DNA of 50,552 bases, from assembly GCA_041490205.1 (NCBI GenBank), contig JBGPSQ010000001.1, positions 1-50,552 on the forward strand. Direction: 5' to 3'. A program made the translations under genes and the position numbers. Shown in pieces: positions 27,310-35,606 of this stretch. This DNA comes from Gallionellaceae bacterium (GTDB lineage Bacteria > Pseudomonadota > Gammaproteobacteria > Burkholderiales > Gallionellaceae). Position 1 is the stretch's first letter. Each line of letters opens with the position of its first letter. The notes beneath the pieces were generated by a model. That model was not told where the DNA came from and did not search any database. It saw only the letters and a list, made by a program, of their open reading frames with translations.

Positions 27310-28906
27310 CACGATTCTTTCCTCCCTCATTCTTCAGCTACGAGACAGACCTTCGCGAACCGGAATTTTTCTGGATGAAGATGACCGCGAACCATCATTC
27401 CTTTCCTATCCGGGTATCTATCAAAGGGTGCAGGCTGCGGCCAGGGCCTTTCGCTGCGCAGGCATAGCAAAAGGCACGCGGGTAATCCTTCCCTTTGCGA
27501 CCACCTTCGACTGCATCGTGGCGTTCCTGGCATTGGCCGGTGTAGGCGCAATCCCCTTGTCGGTAAAGACGCCCGCATCCGGCGGCAACCCGAGGGAATA
27601 CGCGGAATACCTGCGCCTGCTGGTTTCCAGGTTTGGCGCAAGCTTCATCTTGGATGTGCCTGGGCTTGTCCCTGATTTGCTGCCGATACCGCGAATCCAG
27701 GTGCCAGGGGAATCCGGCGGCGACTTTGCCGATTGGGCCGCGTCTGCCGGAGACGACATCGCCTTCATACAGTTCTCGTCCGGCACGACCAGCGAGCCCA
27801 AAGGTGTGGTCATCAGACACCGCCAGTTGATGCGGCAACTGGACATGATAGTTTTCCATGACGGCAGGACGATCAAAGATGTCGGGGCAAGCTGGTTGCC
27901 GCTGTATCACGATATGGGGCTCATAGGCACGCTGCTGACGCCTATTTATGCGGGCCACGATCTGCATTTATGCTCGCCGGCAAGGTTTTTGATGAATCCG
28001 ATGGATTGGCTGCACGCATTGTCGGCGCACGGCGTTTCGCTTACTGCGATTCCCAACTTCGGATTGGCTTACCTGTTGAAGCGGATCAGAGAGGCTTGCG
28101 CCGATGACCTTCAAGGGCTGCGTCTTGACCAACTTCGGCGCATCTACATCGGCAGCGACACCATAGATCCCGCCGTCGTCAATCAACTGGCGGATGAACT
28201 TGCGCCGTATGGGCTGCGCAGGAAAGCATTTTCGCCTTGCTATGGCATGGCCGAGGCGGTGCTGATGGTGTCATGCAAGTCCCAGGATGACGTCATGCGG
28301 GTGACTAACAGAATGGGGGCGGACGTGGTTTCTGTCGGCCCGCTGTTGACAGGGTTCGAACTGAAATTGACGCGGCCCGAAGGCGCTGTTGCCGCTCCCG
28401 GAGAAACCGGCGAAATACTGCTGCGCGGCGGCTCGATTGGGGACGGATATTTCGAGAGCGACCGCCCCATGCTCGATGCTGAAGGTTTTTATCACACCGG
28501 AGACATGGGCTTTGTCGAGGATGGCGAACTCTACATTACGGGAAGAATCGGGGATCGCGTCAAGATCAACGGACAAAACTATTATCTGCCCCATTTTGAA
28601 AATGTGTTGCAGGGCCACCCTGAACTGCGCCCCGGCGGCGTGGCCATCATCCAGGCAGGGGGCGATCTGATCGTGCTGGCCGAGCCCGGCAATTACCGCT
28701 CAAGCGAAAGGCTTGCTGGCTTGCGCGCCGAATTGTCGGATGTACTGCTATTGAATACCGGGGTGAAGGTATCGGCGGAACGGGTCTTCTTCGTGCGCCG
28801 TGGTCAGATCAAGCGCACCAGCAGCGGCAAGCTGCAACGCAACCTGGTCACCAAGGCGTTCATTGACCGGGAATTGAAGATATTCGAACTTACGCAGACC
28901 GCCTGA
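27302..28906 (+). CDS. Fatty acyl-AMP ligase (FAAL-type adenylating enzyme)
   Basis: 534 aa. AMP-binding core FIQFSSGTTSEPKGVVIRH, then YGMAEAVL, YHTGDMGFV..GELYITGRIGDRVKINGQNY, and a final SSGKLQR. Overall it resembles FadD32/FAAL enzymes rather than CoA ligases. The GTG start overlaps the hydrolase gene by 8 nt. Confidence 0.85.
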   Translation: MIDTILSSLILQLRDRPSRTGIFLDEDDREPSFLSYPGIYQRVQAAARAFRCAGIAKGTRVILPFATTFDCIVAFLALAGVGAIPLSVKTPASGGNPREYAEYLRLLVSRFGASFILDVPGLVPDLLPIPRIQVPGESGGDFADWAASAGDDIAFIQFSSGTTSEPKGVVIRHRQLMRQLDMIVFHDGRTIKDVGASWLPLYHDMGLIGTLLTPIYAGHDLHLCSPARFLMNPMDWLHALSAHGVSLTAIPNFGLAYLLKRIREACADDLQGLRLDQLRRIYIGSDTIDPAVVNQLADELAPYGLRRKAFSPCYGMAEAVLMVSCKSQDDVMRVTNRMGADVVSVGPLLTGFELKLTRPEGAVAAPGETGEILLRGGSIGDGYFESDRPMLDAEGFYHTGDMGFVEDGELYITGRIGDRVKINGQNYYLPHFENVLQGHPELRPGGVAIIQAGGDLIVLAEPGNYRSSERLAGLRAELSDVLLLNTGVKVSAERVFFVRRGQIKRTSSGKLQRNLVTKAFIDRELKIFELTQTA

Positions 28907-28931
28907 TCGTTCGCATAATCGGACTGCGAGG

Positions 28932-29687
28932 TCATTGCTTGCGGGTGGCGGAAAAAGCAGCATCCAGCCGCTTCATCAGCGGCTTGTGCAAAGACCGGGT
29001 GTAATTGTTCCAGTGCTTCATGGCCCGTTCGATTTCCCGGTTTTGTTCAACTGCGGCATCCTTGTCGCCTACGCCCAGCGCCCAGATTGCATATTCCACC
29101 CGGCTTTCCACACTGCCAAAGCGGGTGGTGGCGGAAACAAATTCGTTGCGGGCATCCAATTGCCTCCCGGCAAGCGCATACGCCTGCGCGAGCAGCAAAG
29201 TGGTTTGTTCCGGCCGGAAATCCGGGTTTTGCCTGCGGATGGCCTCCAGCAGTCCGGTCGCCGCATCACCCTGCCCATTTTGCAACCGGGCCCTGGCCGC
29301 GCCCAAAAGAATGTTCGGGTCGCTGGCGAAAGGGCCCTTCAGGCATGCCTCGTAATGCTCGGCCGCCTTGGCCGAATCGCCTATCTCGAGCAGTGCGCTA
29401 GCCAGCCGCATCTGGTTTTGTGCGGTCGGGGTCAGGTCGAAAGCGCGCGTCGCCTCGCGCAGCTCCTTCCCGGGATCGAGAGCCTTGGCAGTGGCTGCCG
29501 CCGCCCGGCGCACATCGTGGTGCAGGCGGCTATCGGGGAGATAAACCGTGAAAAAATAGACCGCGCTACCCAACATGGGAAACGAGAACAGGATGAATAA
29601 CCAGTAGGTTTCACGTCCCGTGCGCACGACATGAACGGCGAAAAAGAGCGCAATGAGAACGTGGATACTGCCCAAAAAATACGCCAT
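28932..29687 (-). CDS. Membrane protein with an N-terminal PLDc_N-like two-TM domain and C-terminal TPR-like repeats
   Basis: ..VLIALFFAVHVVRTGRETYWLFILFSFPMLGSAVYFF.. is the PLDc_N pattern. The rest is helical repeats (..KAAEHYEACLK.., ..LLLAQAYALAGR..). Confidence 0.65.
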   Translation of the reverse strand: MAYFLGSIHVLIALFFAVHVVRTGRETYWLFILFSFPMLGSAVYFFTVYLPDSRLHHDVRRAAAATAKALDPGKELREATRAFDLTPTAQNQMRLASALLEIGDSAKAAEHYEACLKGPFASDPNILLGAARARLQNGQGDAATGLLEAIRRQNPDFRPEQTTLLLAQAYALAGRQLDARNEFVSATTRFGSVESRVEYAIWALGVGDKDAAVEQNREIERAMKHWNNYTRSLHKPLMKRLDAAFSATRKQ

Positions 29688-29783
29688 GCAACCCCCTGAA
29701 AGTATGTCAATAGCATTACATTATCATTACACTATATTAACCCAGGTGGTATTGTGGGAACAAACGCGAAATACAACACAGTG

Positions 29784-30599
29784 CTAGTGCTGGCAGCGCG
29801 GGCAATAAAAACTGGAGCGCTGTCCCTGGCGGATTTGGCGGATGAGTGTTCCGCACTTGCGGCAGGGTTCACCGGCGCGTCCGTAGACGAAATAATGCTG
29901 CTGGAAATAACCGGGTTCCCCCGCGCTATTGGTGAAGTCACGCAGCGTGCTGCCTCCCGCCTTGATCGCCGCACGCAAGGTTTCCTTGATCGCCTGCACC
30001 AGCTTCGCACAGCGCGGCAGGCTGAGTTTGGCGGCTGACGATTGCGGGCGTATCCCGGCGCGGAACAGTGCTTCGTTGGCGTAAATATTGCCCACACCCG
30101 CCACCACCCCGCTATCCATGATGACTTGCTTGATAGACGCACTGCGCCTGCGCGTGGCGTGGTGGAGGTAAGGCCCGTCGAAATTCTTGTTCAGCGGCTC
30201 GGGGCCGAGTGCCGCGAGCAGTGGATGCCGCGCGACATCGCCCTCATGCCACAACACCGCGCCGAAACGGCGCGGATCGCGCAGGCGCATCAGATGCCCG
30301 CTATCCAGCACCAGATCAAAGTGGTCATGCTTGTCAGGCGGCGTGCCGGCAGGCAGGATGCGCAGGCTGCCGCTCATGCCCAGGTGCAGGATCAGCGTGC
30401 CATGGGCGAATTCCAGCAACAGGTACTTGGCGCGGCGGCGCAGCGCGAGTATGGTTTGCCCGCGCAGCAGCAGAGGCAAATTTCCTGGCACAGGCCAGCG
30501 CAATTGCGGATTGCGGATCACCACGTCAGCGATGTGCTGCCCAAGCAGATGCGGGGCAAGCCCGCGCAGCGTGGTCTCTACCTCGGGCAGTTCGGGCAT
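29784..30599 (-). CDS. mutM: Formamidopyrimidine-DNA glycosylase
   Basis: [11 protein letters not shown]-terminus, H2TH region, and C-terminal zinc finger [18 protein letters not shown]. Confidence 0.93.
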   Translation of the reverse strand: MPELPEVETTLRGLAPHLLGQHIADVVIRNPQLRWPVPGNLPLLLRGQTILALRRRAKYLLLEFAHGTLILHLGMSGSLRILPAGTPPDKHDHFDLVLDSGHLMRLRDPRRFGAVLWHEGDVARHPLLAALGPEPLNKNFDGPYLHHATRRRSASIKQVIMDSGVVAGVGNIYANEALFRAGIRPQSSAAKLSLPRCAKLVQAIKETLRAAIKAGGSTLRDFTNSAGEPGYFQQHYFVYGRAGEPCRKCGTLIRQIRQGQRSSFYCPRCQH

Positions 30600-30754
30600 C
30601 GGAATCCTTTGAGGGGTGTTGCCATGTATGTCATTTTGATATTGGGTTTGGTCTGGCGGACGGTAATTTTGGCAACAATCTCACCGCTCGACAAGGCCAA
30701 TAATTGATAGCATACGCAAATCAGATGAAGGACGATACTCGGGAGAGTCCGGAC

Positions 30755-31027
30755 ATGTGTATTGGTATTCCCATGCGGGTTGTTGAACTGGATGGCGCGT
30801 TTGCCTGGTGCGAAGGCCGCCATCGTCGCGAGCGGCTGAATATCCTTTTGCTGGGGGACGTGCTTCCCGGTGATTGGGTGTATGCCGTGCTGGGCCAGGC
30901 CCACGAAAAACTGACGGCGCAGAGAGTGGCTGAAATAAACCTTGCACTGGATGGCCTTGCTGCAGCATTGCAGGGAGAAACCAACCTGGATGCATATTTT
31001 CCCGATCTGATTCCCCCGCGCCGATGA
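30755..31027 (+). CDS. hypC: HypC/HupF-family [NiFe] hydrogenase assembly chaperone
   Basis: Starts MCIGIPMRVV, with the invariant N-terminal Cys2. 90 aa. SD GGGAGAG lies 7 nt upstream. The longer track ORF start is rejected. Confidence 0.85.
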   Translation: MCIGIPMRVVELDGAFAWCEGRHRRERLNILLLGDVLPGDWVYAVLGQAHEKLTAQRVAEINLALDGLAAALQGETNLDAYFPDLIPPRR

Positions 31028-31989
31028 CCAACTTCGATACTGGCCGCGTGCGAGTGAGGCTCACCTGTGAAGGTGGCCGGGTGAGTGCGATTCAGGTCAG
31101 CAGTGAACGCCCCGACGTTGCGATGCTCTTGCGTGACCGCACGGCAGGCCAGGCGGTGCGGCTGGTTCCCTCGCTGTTCGCGCTTTGCGGCCAGGCACAG
31201 GCGCGTGCGGCAGCGCTGGCGCTGGCTGCTGCGCGCGGGAAGGAATGCCCGCAACGGCTCGATGCCGCTGTTCAGCGCGAAGTGCTGCGCGAGCATCTTT
31301 GGCGCTGCTTGCTTGACCTGCCGATTCTGCTGGGTGGAGCCGCATTGCATCAGGAATTTGTCAGCGCTGCTAAATGCGTCACCGATGGAAAGCGTGACGA
31401 ACTGCGCGCGTTGCTGACAAGCCCCAAAATCGCAGCGCTTCGCCTGCGCTTAAAACAGGACAACGAAACGCATTCACATTCCCCTAATTTGCTGCCGCCG
31501 CTCGAAGCGAAAACTTCGCTGATCGAGTGGCCGCGTTTGAGCGCCGAATTCTGCCACCTTCCAAGCTGGCGCGGCAAGGCAGCGGAGACCGGAGCCATCG
31601 CACGGCATACACACGGAAATGAAGTATCGGTATCGCCGATGTCCGCCCGTTGGCTGGCACGTTTTGACGAGTTGCTGGATTGGGCGATGGGAAATATGCA
31701 GGTTCGCGCGGGCGGCGCTGTAAGTGCGGCCTCCGTGGCGCCCGGAATAGGCCGCGCGCTCATAGAGACTGCGCGCGGCCTGTTGATGCACGAGATCGCA
31801 CTCGATGGAGAGCGAGTAGCCGACTACCTGATCGCCGCGCCCACCGAATGGAATTTCCACCCGCAGGGAGCGCTGGCGGATCATCTACTGGAGCGGGAAG
31901 CCGTGGATCGTCATGCACTGCAACAGCGTGTCGCACGCGCCGTCGCCGCACTTGATCCTTGTGTGCCTTTTGAGCTGGAATGGGCATGA
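31024..31989 (+). CDS. hupK: HupK/HoxV-like hydrogenase scaffold (large-subunit-like protein lacking half of the Ni-Fe cysteines)
   Basis: 321 aa. LFALCGQAQ replaces the large-subunit RICGVC, and LDPCVPFELEWA replaces DPCIACAVH. It sits between hypC/hupF and the endopeptidase gene. ATGA overlap upstream. Confidence 0.75.
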   Translation: MTNFDTGRVRVRLTCEGGRVSAIQVSSERPDVAMLLRDRTAGQAVRLVPSLFALCGQAQARAAALALAAARGKECPQRLDAAVQREVLREHLWRCLLDLPILLGGAALHQEFVSAAKCVTDGKRDELRALLTSPKIAALRLRLKQDNETHSHSPNLLPPLEAKTSLIEWPRLSAEFCHLPSWRGKAAETGAIARHTHGNEVSVSPMSARWLARFDELLDWAMGNMQVRAGGAVSAASVAPGIGRALIETARGLLMHEIALDGERVADYLIAAPTEWNFHPQGALADHLLEREAVDRHALQQRVARAVAALDPCVPFELEWA

Positions 31990-32477
31990 AGATACTGGTG
32001 CTGGGCATCGGCAATACGCTGCTGGCCGACGAAGGCGTGGGCATCGTTGCCATGCGCGAATTGGAATCGCAATTCGGCCCCCGCGATGATATGGAATTTC
32101 TGGATGGCGGAACGCTATCTTTTACACTTGCCGTACCTATCGGCGAATGTTCGGCATTGCTGGTGATCGATGCTGCCGAGCTGGGTGCGGTTCCGGGCAC
32201 GGTGCGCAGTTTCGAAGGTGCTGAGATGGACTGCTTCCTGGGCGCGAACCGCAAGAGCAGCGTGCATGAAGTGGGGCTGCTCGACCTGATGTCGATCTCG
32301 CGCCTGACCGGACATTGGCCGGACCGGCGCGCCCTGATCGGCGTACAGCCTGCCGTGGTGGACTGGGGCGAGGCGCTGACGCCGGAAGTTGCCGCCGCTC
32401 TGCCGGAAGTCAAAACCGTTGCCATGGGCATCATCGGACGCTTCGCGAATCACCCGAGTATAACCATGCAGTATTAA
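31986..32477 (+). CDS. hupD: [NiFe] hydrogenase maturation endopeptidase (HyaD/HupD/HoxM family)
   Basis: MKILVLGIGNTLLADEGVGIV..LLVIDAA..SVHEVGLLDL. ATGA overlap with hupK. Confidence 0.88.
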   Translation: MKILVLGIGNTLLADEGVGIVAMRELESQFGPRDDMEFLDGGTLSFTLAVPIGECSALLVIDAAELGAVPGTVRSFEGAEMDCFLGANRKSSVHEVGLLDLMSISRLTGHWPDRRALIGVQPAVVDWGEALTPEVAAALPEVKTVAMGIIGRFANHPSITMQY

Positions 32478-32549
32478 TGTGTTGACCGGGCGGATTCTGT
32501 TGTGCAGAATGCTTTTGCATTCCGTTGTTAACAGCAACAAGGAGGCGAC

Positions 32550-33665
32550 ATGAAGCAGGCAGACCAGCCGGAAACCATACCCGGCACTGTAGGCGAAGGC
32601 TTGGCTCAACACGGCATCAGCCGCCGCGACTTCCTCCAATTCTGCACGTCCCTGGCCGCCATGCTGGCCCTGCCGCCCGCGATGGCAAGCGCAATGGCGG
32701 AGGCGATCTCCAAGGCAAAACGGCAATCGGTCATCTGGCTCTCGTTCCAGGAATGCACCGGCTGCACCGAATCCATCACGCGCTCGCATTCGCCCACGCT
32801 GGAAAGCCTGATCTTCGACATGATCTCGCTCGACTACCACCATACCTTGCAGGCCGCGTCTGGCGAGGCTGCCGAACAGGCCCGCGCACAGGCGATGAAA
32901 GACAACGAGGGCAAGTACCTGCTGATCGTCGACGGCTCGATCCCGATGGGCAATCCAGGCTATTCCGCCATTGCGGGCATCAGCAACCACGACATGCTGG
33001 TGGAGACAGCCCAGGGTGCGGCAGCCATCGTCGCGGTGGGAACCTGTGCAGCACACGGCGGCATCCCCCATGCGAACCCGAACCCCACGGGCGCGGTTCC
33101 GGTGAGCGAAATCGTCAAGGATAAACCCATCATCAACGTGCCCGGCTGCCCGCCGATACCGGTGGTAATGACAGGCGTGCTGGCGCATTTCCTGACTTTC
33201 GGTGGCATCCCTGAACTGGATGCTCTCGGTCGTCCAAAATCATTTTACGGCGAGACCATCCATGATCGCTGCTATCGCCGCCCATTCTACGACCAGGGCA
33301 AATTCGCGGAGACTTTCGATGACGAGGCGGCACGGCAGGGCTGGTGCCTGTTCAAGCTCGGCTGCAAGGGGCCGGTCACCTACAACGCATGCGCCACGGC
33401 CAAGTGGAACGACGGCACCAGTTTCCCCATCCAGTCCGGCCACGGTTGCATCGGCTGTTCCGAGCCGAATTTCTGGGATGCCGGGCCGTTCTACAAAGCG
33501 CTGTCCATGCCGGTGTCGGTGACACCCACCATGCTGGCGGCGGCGGCAGCGGCCGGTGCAGCGGCTGGGGTGGCGATCACCTGGCACAACCGCTCCACCA
33601 AAGCCAAGGCAAAAGCCGCACACGAAACAGTGACCGTGCAGGAACTGAAGCGGGAGGAAAAATGA
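32550..33665 (+). CDS. hynS: [NiFe] hydrogenase small subunit with Tat signal
   Basis: Twin-arginine signal ISRRDFLQFC. Fe-S cluster cysteines: ECTGCTES, GTCA..GG, NVPGCPP, CYRRPFYD, CLFKLGCKGP, CIGCSEPNFWD. Confidence 0.93.
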   Translation: MKQADQPETIPGTVGEGLAQHGISRRDFLQFCTSLAAMLALPPAMASAMAEAISKAKRQSVIWLSFQECTGCTESITRSHSPTLESLIFDMISLDYHHTLQAASGEAAEQARAQAMKDNEGKYLLIVDGSIPMGNPGYSAIAGISNHDMLVETAQGAAAIVAVGTCAAHGGIPHANPNPTGAVPVSEIVKDKPIINVPGCPPIPVVMTGVLAHFLTFGGIPELDALGRPKSFYGETIHDRCYRRPFYDQGKFAETFDDEAARQGWCLFKLGCKGPVTYNACATAKWNDGTSFPIQSGHGCIGCSEPNFWDAGPFYKALSMPVSVTPTMLAAAAAAGAAAGVAITWHNRSTKAKAKAAHETVTVQELKREEK

Positions 33666-34321
33666 ACCATCTCGATCTACTCACTTTCGCGCGCGGCAGT
33701 GCGCTGAACTGGACGCTCGTGCTGTTCGTCGCGGGCGTAGCGCTGCGTCTGTTCGAGATCCTCGGGCTTGGCCGCAAGGCCGACCTGGCAAGGCCCCGTA
33801 TCCACACACCCGGCAGCGGCTGGCGCACCATGTTTACGCGCTCGCTCCCTGCGCAAGGCATGTTGAAACGCGACCCGGTGACTTACATCAGCGGATACGT
33901 GTTCCATCTCGGCCTGCTGTTGGCCATTTTCATGTTTGCGCCGCACATCGCGTTCTTCCGCAGTATCACGGGCTTATCCTGGCCCGGCTTGCCTACGGCA
34001 CTGACCGATGCAGCAGTGGTGGCAGCGATGGTTGCCCTGTGCGTGCTGCTGGCACACAGGCTCAATAACCCGGTGAAACGCATGCTGTCCGGCACCGGCG
34101 ATTACGTCGCCTGGGCGGCGACTCTGCTGCCCCTACTGACTGGTTACCTGGCCTATCATCACCTGCTGCTGGAATACACACTGATGCTGGCGCTGCACCT
34201 GTTCTCCGTCGAATTGCTGCTGGTGCTGCTCCCGTTCACCAAACTGTTCCACACCTTCTCACTGTTCATATCGCGCTGGTACAACGGAGATACTTTTTCT
34301 CGTAAAGGAGTGGCGTCATGA
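33662..34321 (+). CDS. isp1: Isp1: NarI/DsrM-like membrane b-type cytochrome
   Basis: 219 aa with five predicted TM helices and conserved His residues (HLGLLL, HRLNN, YHHLLLE, HLFSVE, LFHTFS). ATGA overlap with hynS. Confidence 0.8.
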   Translation: MNHLDLLTFARGSALNWTLVLFVAGVALRLFEILGLGRKADLARPRIHTPGSGWRTMFTRSLPAQGMLKRDPVTYISGYVFHLGLLLAIFMFAPHIAFFRSITGLSWPGLPTALTDAAVVAAMVALCVLLAHRLNNPVKRMLSGTGDYVAWAATLLPLLTGYLAYHHLLLEYTLMLALHLFSVELLLVLLPFTKLFHTFSLFISRWYNGDTFSRKGVAS

Positions 34322-34337
34322 AAAAGTATACCTCGTC

Positions 34338-35606
34338 ATGAGCGCGACCCTCGCCAAGGGTATCAACGCCTTCAAGGAGGCGATTGATGCGCCCATCGCC
34401 AGCTACTTCTCCAGTTGCGTGCATTGCGGGTTATGCGCCGAAGCGTGCTTGTTTTACACCGAAACCGGCGAGGCCAAGTACACGCCCATCCACAAACTGG
34501 AACCCTTGCGGCGCGTGTGGAAGCAGGAATACACGCTGCTCGGCAAGCTGGGAAAAATGCTCGGCCTGTCCAGGCCGGTGACGGATGCGGAACTGGCCGA
34601 GTGGGAGCCGCTGGTCTATGATAGCTGCACGCTGTGCGGACGCTGTTCCCTGGTCTGCCCGGTGGGCAACGACATCACCTATATGATCCGCAAGATGCGC
34701 GAAGGCATGGCGGCTTCGGGGCATGCGCAGGAAGACTTGATTGCCGCCACGACACGCGCCATCACCATTGGTAGCCCGATGGGCATCAAGTGGCCTGCGG
34801 TGCTGGCGCAGATCAAACATGTGCAGGCCGAAACCGGCATCGAGGTGCCGGTGGAGCGCGCGGGGGCAGATTATCTCGTGCTGATGTCCTCGATGGAGAT
34901 CATCAATTTTCCCGAATACCTGTCCGCGCTCAGCCGCATCTTCAAGCAAGCCGGGGTGAGCTGGACGCTGGCGCAGGATGCGTTCGAAGCGACCAACAGC
35001 GGCATCCAGATTGGCGCTTCAGACTTGGCGTGTGAGATTGTTAATCGCATCGTGGTAGCCGCCGAACGCCTGAAGGTCAAATGCGTCATCAGCCCGGAAT
35101 GCGGCCATGCCTTTACCGCGTTGCGCTGGGAAGGGCCGAACTTGATAGGCAGGCCATACACCTTCGAGGTGAAGCATATACTCGAAGTGCTGGACGAGCT
35201 GCACGCCGCAGGCAAACTCAAGACCCAGGGCAAGGATTCTCGCCCGCTGACTTATCACGACCCCTGCCAGATCGCCAGGCGCGGCGGCGTGGTGGAGCAG
35301 CCGCGCCGCCTGCTGGGAAAGGTCGCCGCCGATTTCCGCGAGATGCCCGATGCGGGCGTGATGAACTGGTGCTGCGGCGGCGGTGGCGGCGTTTCGGCCA
35401 ATACGCGCGCAGAACCGTTGCGCTTGCAGGCTTTCAAGGTCAAGAAGCGGCAAATCGAAGCCACTGGCGTGCGAACGTTGATCACCGCCTGCGCCAATTG
35501 CCGCATCGTGCTGGAAGAAGGTCTTGAACATAACCACATGCAGGTCGAAGTAATCGGCCTGACCGAATTGCTGGCCACCTATCTTGTCGAGGATAAAGCC
35601 CCATGA
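34338..35606 (+). CDS. isp2: Isp2: HdrD/DsrK-like Fe-S protein with CCG domains
   Basis: Two ferredoxin-type motifs CVHCGLCAEAC and CTLCGRCSLVCP. C-terminal Cys-rich CCG-type motifs (..PECGH.., ..HDPCQ.., NWCCGGGGG, TACANC). Confidence 0.85.
   Translation: MSATLAKGINAFKEAIDAPIASYFSSCVHCGLCAEACLFYTETGEAKYTPIHKLEPLRRVWKQEYTLLGKLGKMLGLSRPVTDAELAEWEPLVYDSCTLCGRCSLVCPVGNDITYMIRKMREGMAASGHAQEDLIAATTRAITIGSPMGIKWPAVLAQIKHVQAETGIEVPVERAGADYLVLMSSMEIINFPEYLSALSRIFKQAGVSWTLAQDAFEATNSGIQIGASDLACEIVNRIVVAAERLKVKCVISPECGHAFTALRWEGPNLIGRPYTFEVKHILEVLDELHAAGKLKTQGKDSRPLTYHDPCQIARRGGVVEQPRRLLGKVAADFREMPDAGVMNWCCGGGGGVSANTRAEPLRLQAFKVKKRQIEATGVRTLITACANCRIVLEEGLEHNHMQVEVIGLTELLATYLVEDKAP

Noticed and set aside
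30618-30690. TGGCAAC / GTTGCCA motifs upstream of hypC, considered as a sigma-54 (-24/-12) promoter because uptake hydrogenases are often sigma-54 dependent.
   Set aside because: No GC dinucleotide lies at the required 10-nt distance from the GG, so the TGGCAC-N5-TTGC geometry is absent. The two motifs form only a distant inverted repeat.
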